NCBI GenBank assembly: GCA_963803435.1 | Contig: CAWDML010000009.1 | Span: forward strand, 800,001-864,000 | DNA from: an uncultured delta proteobacterium | Lineage (GTDB): Bacteria > Myxococcota > Kuafuiibacteriia > Kuafuiibacteriales > Kuafuiibacteriaceae | Reading direction: 5' to 3' | Length of the DNA stretch: 64,000 bases | Shown here: one piece after another, positions 58,632-64,000 of the stretch | Position numbering within the stretch: the first letter of the stretch is position 1 | Layout: each line of letters opens with the position of its first letter | Notes under the pieces: model-generated | The model's database searches: none | Told to the model about the DNA's origin: nothing | The model's input: only the letters and a program-made list of their open reading frames with translations | Made by a program: the position numbers and the translations under genes

Positions 58632-59736
58632 TACCCTTGGCGGTCTGGTTGTACTTGTCGATGATCTGCCGAAGCATGTCGAACATCTGAGAGCGCTTGT
58701 CGATCATGCGCTTGAGCTTCATCGTCTCGACGTCGATCGAGGGTGAGTCGGTCCCGCTGCCGGTGATGGTCGTGCCCGTGCCGGCCGCGAGCCCGGCGGC
58801 CTGCCCGCCGATGCCGCCGCGGGCGGCCTGCTGCTGCTGGATCGAGTTGATGTACTGAGCCTGACGCTCGATGTCCTGGTCCATCTTGTTCATGATCAGC
58901 ATGATCAAGAGGGTGACCTTGTCCTCGACGGTGAGCGAAGGATCCGCCAGCAGGTTCGCGGTGTCCGCCTGGTGGGCGGCCTCGTAGGAGGGGTTGGTGT
59001 TGTTGATCAGACCCGGCATCGCGTTCGGGTTCCAGGAGCCGTAGCCCTGTCCGCCCATCGCGCCGCTGTTGTCGTAGGCGCCGGCTCCGTACACGTTCGA
59101 GAAGCCGGCCGCGGCGTAGCCAAAGTAGCCGCCGCCGCCCGATTCGAGCATCGCGAGCTGCCCGGCCTGTTGCATGATGGCCTGATCCATCCCGAAGAGC
59201 GCTCCGAAGATCGAGCCCTGCATCGGGTTCATCGAGACGCCGACCGCCGAGGGCTGATAGCCGGTGGCGTAGCGCTGGATGCTGAGCACGCCGTCGTTGT
59301 TCATGCCGGACGCGATGACGTTTCCGCCCACGCGTGCCTCGAACTGCGCGCGCGCCAGCGCGTTCGTGTCGAGCAGGCGCTCGAAGCCAGCCGCGCGTCG
59401 CCGTCGCGGGTTCATGGCCTCGCGCATGAAGTCGAGGTTCTCGGCGTTCGTGTCCAGGGTCGCCGCCTCGCTGCCTGCATAGCCGCACCGACAGAAGGGA
59501 AGGTTGGTGGCGTAGGCCTCCATCGGGATCGGGGTGCCGAACGCGTCCGGGATACCGCCCGCGGTGGTGAGACGCTCGAGGTCGCGGAGCCCGAGCCCGC
59601 GCGCGGTCGACACGTAGCTTTCGTAGAGCTTCGAGAGCGACCGCGTGGGCCTCCCCGTCAGCCCGTCGACGGAGATGTCGAGCTGGGGCAACGCAAAGTC
59701 GTTGACGACGGTTCCGGTGACGTTGATGGCGACCAT
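58609..59736 (-). CDS. Hypothetical protein with type-III filament/needle-like C-terminal helix
   Basis: AAAGGA RBS; G/A/M/Q/N-rich; ends SIDVETMKLKRMIDKRSQMFDMLRQIIDKYNQTAKGIIDSIGR. Confidence 0.8.
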   Translation of the reverse strand: MVAINVTGTVVNDFALPQLDISVDGLTGRPTRSLSKLYESYVSTARGLGLRDLERLTTAGGIPDAFGTPIPMEAYATNLPFCRCGYAGSEAATLDTNAENLDFMREAMNPRRRRAAGFERLLDTNALARAQFEARVGGNVIASGMNNDGVLSIQRYATGYQPSAVGVSMNPMQGSIFGALFGMDQAIMQQAGQLAMLESGGGGYFGYAAAGFSNVYGAGAYDNSGAMGGQGYGSWNPNAMPGLINNTNPSYEAAHQADTANLLADPSLTVEDKVTLLIMLIMNKMDQDIERQAQYINSIQQQQAARGGIGGQAAGLAAGTGTTITGSGTDSPSIDVETMKLKRMIDKRSQMFDMLRQIIDKYNQTAKGIIDSIGR

Positions 59737-59830
59737 GAAAATCCTTTCCGAGGTCGTGCGGGGCGTTGGATCGCAAATAGCATAGTCGATCCGCAGGCGT
59801 TTGCGCGCCCCGAAACACTTCGCAACCGCT

Positions 59831-60928
59831 TTAGCGCAGCGCGGCGAGGACCAGCAGGACGACGGAGATCACAATGAGGGCCCCCGCCGTGAGTAAACCC
59901 CATCCGAGGCGCCGAGGCGGGGGCCGTTCGACCGGGAGGTCGATGGAGCCGCCCCGGGTGACGTCCGAGAACGACATCTGTCGCTCGGCCGGGGCATGGG
60001 CGGCGACCAGCCCGTCACGGTGGAGCGAGACCATCGGCCAGCCGCTGGTCTGTGCCTGCGCGAGCATCCGGATCGCGCTGCGCGGGTCGAGGCCGCCCTG
60101 CGTGAGGAGGAAGATGTTGATCGCGTCGCCCATCTCGCGCGCGCTCTGGAAGCGATCCGCGGGATGGTCGGCGATCGCGCGGAGCAGGATGTCCTGGAAC
60201 GATCCGGGGACGTGGAACCGTTTGGAGAGCGATTCGCGAAGATCGTGCATGCCTTTCTCGAGGAGCTCCGGGCTCCAATGCAGGAGCCGGCCGGTCACCA
60301 TGTAGAGCATCAGGTAACCGAGGGAAAAGACGTCGGTGCGCTGATCGAGCGGGGCGCGGGCGATGAACCACTCGGGCGCGTTGAAGGAGTCGTCGTGGCC
60401 GGGCACCGGGGTCTGGAGGTCCCGCGGATCGAGCTCGGTGCCGAACCGCAGCAGCTTCACGCCTCCGTCCTCGGTGAGGAACACGTGATCGGGACAGATC
60501 GCCAGGTGGAGCGCGCCGAGCTCGAGGCCGGTGTCGTCGACGGCGGTGTGGATCTCTTGCAGCGCCTCGGCGATCGCGCGTCCGATGACGGCGGTCGTCG
60601 AGACGTCGAGGCCCTGGCGATCCCGGATGATGCGCCGAACGTCGCAGCCTTCCAGGTACTCCATCGCGATGAATGGCGCGCCGTCGGCCTCGCCGCTGTC
60701 GACCGCCCGCACCAGGTGCTCGTGTCGGACCAGGAGCCCGATCCGGGCCTCCCGAGTGAAGCGGCGGCGGTGGGACTCTTCGAACGACAACTCGCGCTTG
60801 AGCACCTTGATCGCGAGCTTCGACTGAGTCTGTCGACCCGATCGCCGCGCGACGAAGAGCTCCGACGATTCTCCACTCGCGAGGGAGTGGACGATCTCGT
60901 ACGGGCCGAGGGTGCCCAGGGCCTTCAT
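59831..60928 (-). CDS. Membrane-anchored Ser/Thr pseudokinase
   Basis: LAIK, RF.RE, MEYL, APE, TDVFSLG present; HRD is HLA and DFG is RFG; C-terminal TM. Confidence 0.88.
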   Translation of the reverse strand: MKALGTLGPYEIVHSLASGESSELFVARRSGRQTQSKLAIKVLKRELSFEESHRRRFTREARIGLLVRHEHLVRAVDSGEADGAPFIAMEYLEGCDVRRIIRDRQGLDVSTTAVIGRAIAEALQEIHTAVDDTGLELGALHLAICPDHVFLTEDGGVKLLRFGTELDPRDLQTPVPGHDDSFNAPEWFIARAPLDQRTDVFSLGYLMLYMVTGRLLHWSPELLEKGMHDLRESLSKRFHVPGSFQDILLRAIADHPADRFQSAREMGDAINIFLLTQGGLDPRSAIRMLAQAQTSGWPMVSLHRDGLVAAHAPAERQMSFSDVTRGGSIDLPVERPPPRRLGWGLLTAGALIVISVVLLVLAALR

Positions 60929-61143
60929 GAATCCGGCGACGGACCCTACGCAACTTCGGCCGATCCTTCAACGGACGAACGTGTCCACCAGGACCGCGCA
61001 CCCACGGGTGCTTCGTCCACATGCGCGCGAGACGTCCCCTCACAACGCAGGTTCGTCGGAGGTCTGGCCCTCGGGGCCGAAACCTCTCGATGACGCGCGC
61101 CTCGTAAGCGAACCCGCCCAACACATGTCGCAGGATTCGCGTC

Positions 61144-62676
61144 ATGGTGATTCGCAAGACGGCCACTGGGCCACCGATCATTTCTTTTGAGCCCCTCGCG
61201 CCGCTGGACCCGCGCCTCATCGGACCGAACCCGCTCGCCGCCGACCCGCTCGACGCACCTGCGCCGAAAGGCAAGGCGACCGCGACGGGCCGCGCGCTGG
61301 TGGTGACGCGCTCGAGCGCGCCGGTGGTGACGGCTTCGCCCGCGGAGATCCGCAAGGCCAAGAAGACGCTGAAGCGTGCGGGTTGGGCGACGGACTTCGC
61401 CGGGTATCAGGCGGCGCTCGGGTTCCCGGTCACGGGGGTGCCGGACAAGGCGACGGTGAAGGCGCTGACGAGGACGGCGCATCAGCTCGACGACGGTGTG
61501 ATCGCGCGAGGCCAGCGCGGAAAGAAGGTGCGTCGCTTGCAATCCGACTTGCGGGCGGCGGGCTATCCGGTCGAGAGCGTGAACGGCGTCTTCGACGGCA
61601 GGGTGGATCGTCCGGTGCACATGCTGCATCAGGCACACAAGGAGCTGAAGAACGACAGCAAGGTCGTCGGCGGGCGTGCGCGCGGGCTCCTCAGAAAGGA
61701 CGTCCGGCGAAGGAACCGGGCGCCCGACCGCGTTCGCGTGCGCGACACGCCGGCACACAGGCTCGCGGAGCGCCGCGCTGATGGGGCCGCCCAAAGCGGT
61801 ACCGGCGTGGGGGATGAAGGGCCGTCCGTCGCGTACTTCAAGCAGCACCTGAAGATCCTCGGCTATCCGATCAAGAAGGCGACACCGAAGTTCACGAACT
61901 ACACGAGAGGCGTGGTGGAGGCGTTCCAGCACGACCACGGCCTCGCGGTGACCGGGCGGATCGATACACCGACCTGGACCGAGCTGCGGAAGGCGAAGCT
62001 CGAGGCGAAGAGCGCGACCAGCCCGCCGATGCGCGTCGGTGAGAAATCACCGGGCGCGCTCAGGCTGGAGAAGGACCTCCGAACGCTGGGCAAGCTCCCC
62101 AAGAGCGCGGTGGACGGCGTGATCACGAAGGCCACCATCCGGCGGGCGGATCAGGTCTTGAGGGCTCACGGGCACAAGCCGAGCGGTGGGACGATCGGCG
62201 CGCGCGAGGTGAAGCAGATCCACCAGGCGGCCAAGAACGTGTTGCGGCGGCCGGTCGACTTCCGTCTCACTCCGGTCTCCGAGTTTGCGATTCCCGATCC
62301 CGAAGGGGCGCCGTCCTCGCACGGAGGGCGCTTCCACGCCGCCAAGGATTGGTTCGCGCCGGCGCACACGAAGGTGCGGGCGCCGGTCGCAGGCCGGATC
62401 GTGGACGTGCAGCCCTCCCTGGTCCACCGCGGTCAGGTGTTCGGCGGTGTCGTCAAGGTTCAGGCGCGCGACGGAAAGGTCTGGGTGTTCCGCCACGTCG
62501 ATCCGGGGAACGTCCACGTGGGACAGCACGTGGACGCGGGGCAGCGGATCGCTCGAGTGACGGACTGGCTCAGCGGGCCGGACCACACGCACGTCGAGCT
62601 GTGGAAGACCTTCTCCGGGGGATACCGCTACGAGAACATGATCGATCCGATGAAGTACCTGAAGCGCTTCCTCTGA
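61144..62676 (+). CDS. Multi peptidoglycan-binding-domain M23 metallopeptidase, no signal peptide
   Basis: Repeats FQ...GL.VTG..D..T and V..LQ..L...GY; M23 ligands HAAKD and HTH; IDPM.YL. Confidence 0.88.
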   Translation: MVIRKTATGPPIISFEPLAPLDPRLIGPNPLAADPLDAPAPKGKATATGRALVVTRSSAPVVTASPAEIRKAKKTLKRAGWATDFAGYQAALGFPVTGVPDKATVKALTRTAHQLDDGVIARGQRGKKVRRLQSDLRAAGYPVESVNGVFDGRVDRPVHMLHQAHKELKNDSKVVGGRARGLLRKDVRRRNRAPDRVRVRDTPAHRLAERRADGAAQSGTGVGDEGPSVAYFKQHLKILGYPIKKATPKFTNYTRGVVEAFQHDHGLAVTGRIDTPTWTELRKAKLEAKSATSPPMRVGEKSPGALRLEKDLRTLGKLPKSAVDGVITKATIRRADQVLRAHGHKPSGGTIGAREVKQIHQAAKNVLRRPVDFRLTPVSEFAIPDPEGAPSSHGGRFHAAKDWFAPAHTKVRAPVAGRIVDVQPSLVHRGQVFGGVVKVQARDGKVWVFRHVDPGNVHVGQHVDAGQRIARVTDWLSGPDHTHVELWKTFSGGYRYENMIDPMKYLKRFL

Positions 62677-62681
62677 GCTGA

Positions 62682-62714
62682 GAGCCGATCGGCTACCTGG
62701 GAACCGATCGGCTC
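62682..62714 (+). terminator. 11-bp stem hairpin after the M23 gene
   Basis: GAGCCGATCGG-N11-CCGATCGGCTC; no U-tract. Confidence 0.5.
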
Positions 62715-62746
62715 CCGGCGGGGGTGCCCGGCGGGCGTCCGGCACC

Positions 62747-62762
62747 TGGAACGGACGTTGCT
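62747..62762 (+). promoter_or_regulatory. Sigma-54 promoter
   Basis: TGGAACGGACGTTGCT, 14 nt before ATG 62775. Confidence 0.8.
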
Positions 62763-62774
62763 GCTTCCACCGAC

Positions 62775-63461
62775 ATGCGTGTTGTCACTTCGAGCATCCT
62801 GCTCTCAACGGCGTTTGCAAGCCAACTTGCGTACGGCCAGACGGTGATCGAGTACGGCGACGAGCGTCCGCGGCATGGGGCCTGGAACGTGATCGCGGGC
62901 GGCGTCGCGGATCGCGGAGACTTTCTCGAGGGCGAGCTGGGCTTCTCGATGGTCAGCGCCGCCTATCACCATTCGCTGAGCAGCCGCGTGACGCTCGGCG
63001 GGATGGCAGGCTTCGACTATGCGTACTGGTCGCCGGACGACGTGGCCGGCGCTGCGCTCCTCCTGGGTGCGCCCGTGCAGATCGGTCTGCACGAGACGGC
63101 GAGGTACGGCTTCACCATGAAGATCGTCCCGGCGCTGTATCTCGGGTTCGATCAGGAGCACTCGAACGAGTTCATTCCTGGATTCGCCCTCGATTTCGGG
63201 GTCAGCGGCGGCTACAAGATCGATCCCCGCGTGATCATCGGCGCCGGCGTGGACGTCCCGCTGCTCATCGGTGTGCCCACAGGCAACCGCGAAGCCTTCG
63301 TGGCCATCCCGATCCTGATCGGGCCGATGGCCGAATGGCACGTCACCCGCGATCTGGCGTTCACCGCCGACCTGCGCATGGGACCGCACGTGGTGACCGA
63401 CGATTTCTACGGCACGCGCTTCGGGGTCCGCTTCCTGCTGGGGCTCGACTTCCAGCTGTGA
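62775..63461 (+). CDS. Probable small outer-membrane beta-barrel protein
   Basis: Signal peptide, alternating strands, C-terminal LGLDFQL. Confidence 0.8.
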   Translation: MRVVTSSILLSTAFASQLAYGQTVIEYGDERPRHGAWNVIAGGVADRGDFLEGELGFSMVSAAYHHSLSSRVTLGGMAGFDYAYWSPDDVAGAALLLGAPVQIGLHETARYGFTMKIVPALYLGFDQEHSNEFIPGFALDFGVSGGYKIDPRVIIGAGVDVPLLIGVPTGNREAFVAIPILIGPMAEWHVTRDLAFTADLRMGPHVVTDDFYGTRFGVRFLLGLDFQL

Positions 63462-64000
63462 GCGCCGCGCGATCGGCGAGAACAGACCCGGGAGCAGTCC
63501 GCCGGCGACCAGGAGGACCACCAGCGCGGTCAACGCCAGGCGCTCCCGGAGCGTCAGCTGCATGGCGTGCGACGAGCGATCGCGCGCCCCACAGAACGAG
63601 GACAGGTACATCCGGAGCACCGTGATCCCGTTGAGCGCGGAGGCCACCAGCACGATGTAGCCCAGAACGGGGAAGCGGGCGGTGGCACCGGTGACCAGGA
63701 GCTCGGCGCCGACGAAGCCGAGCGTGCCGGGAAAGCCGACGCCGGCCAGACCGAGCAGCAGGAACGCCGCGGCGAGGAAGGGCATGCGGTCGTGCCCGCC
63801 GGCCAGGAACGACATCGGCAGGGCTCCGCGCCGCGCCTCGAGGGCCGCGACCGTCATCGCGAAGCCCGTGAGGGAGAGGCCGGTGGCGAGCCACGCCACC
63901 AGCGCGCCCGAGGTCCCGGCCGGCGAGCCGGAGTCGAGGCCCACCAGGACGAGCGCCGACTGGCTGAGGAAGACGTAGCCGAGCGCGCGCCGCTTGCTGT
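63450..64000 (-). CDS. NuoM/NuoL-like proton-conducting transporter subunit, partial (5' end outside window, true 3' end unclear)
   Basis: Y...SQ..LV..G, GLA.VGFPGTLGFVG.ELL, LT.RE motifs. Confidence 0.8.

Noticed and set aside
59760-59830. Sigma-28 promoter for the filament-like gene
   Set aside because: GCAAA to CGACTA spacing does not match the site at 51622-51648; only an imperfect CGCAAA...TTTGCG dyad is present.

Overview
High-GC DNA whose gene content (choice-of-anchor/PEGA lipoproteins, three tandem bactofilins, DUF1501 cluster, Ser/Thr pseudokinase, many two-component genes) points to Myxococcota; this is an inference from content. The left half (1-32.4 kb) is mostly core: the end of an IS1182/IS5-like element, envelope genes, glyA-nrdR-ribD-(two orphans)-ribE-ribB(X)-ribH-nusB, an AAA+ ATPase plus bactofilin operon, pyrE, nadB, a lytic transglycosylase and pgsA. 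A 9 kb signalling block separates pgsA from tRNA-Gly(GCC). The rest is accessory: sulfatase plus maturase, a DUF1501/cytochrome trio, desaturase-MerR, a candidate ABBA prenyltransferase plus GT-C-like membrane protein, a two-component pair, an orphan with a type-III filament/needle-like C-terminus, a pseudokinase and an M23 hydrolase. Six sigma-54 -24/-12 motifs lie 14-16 nt before start codons, which suggests a near-leaderless regulon. Several single-base frameshifts look like assembly errors. No CRISPR, rRNA or integrase was seen. Family calls come from motifs recognised by eye; no searches were run.
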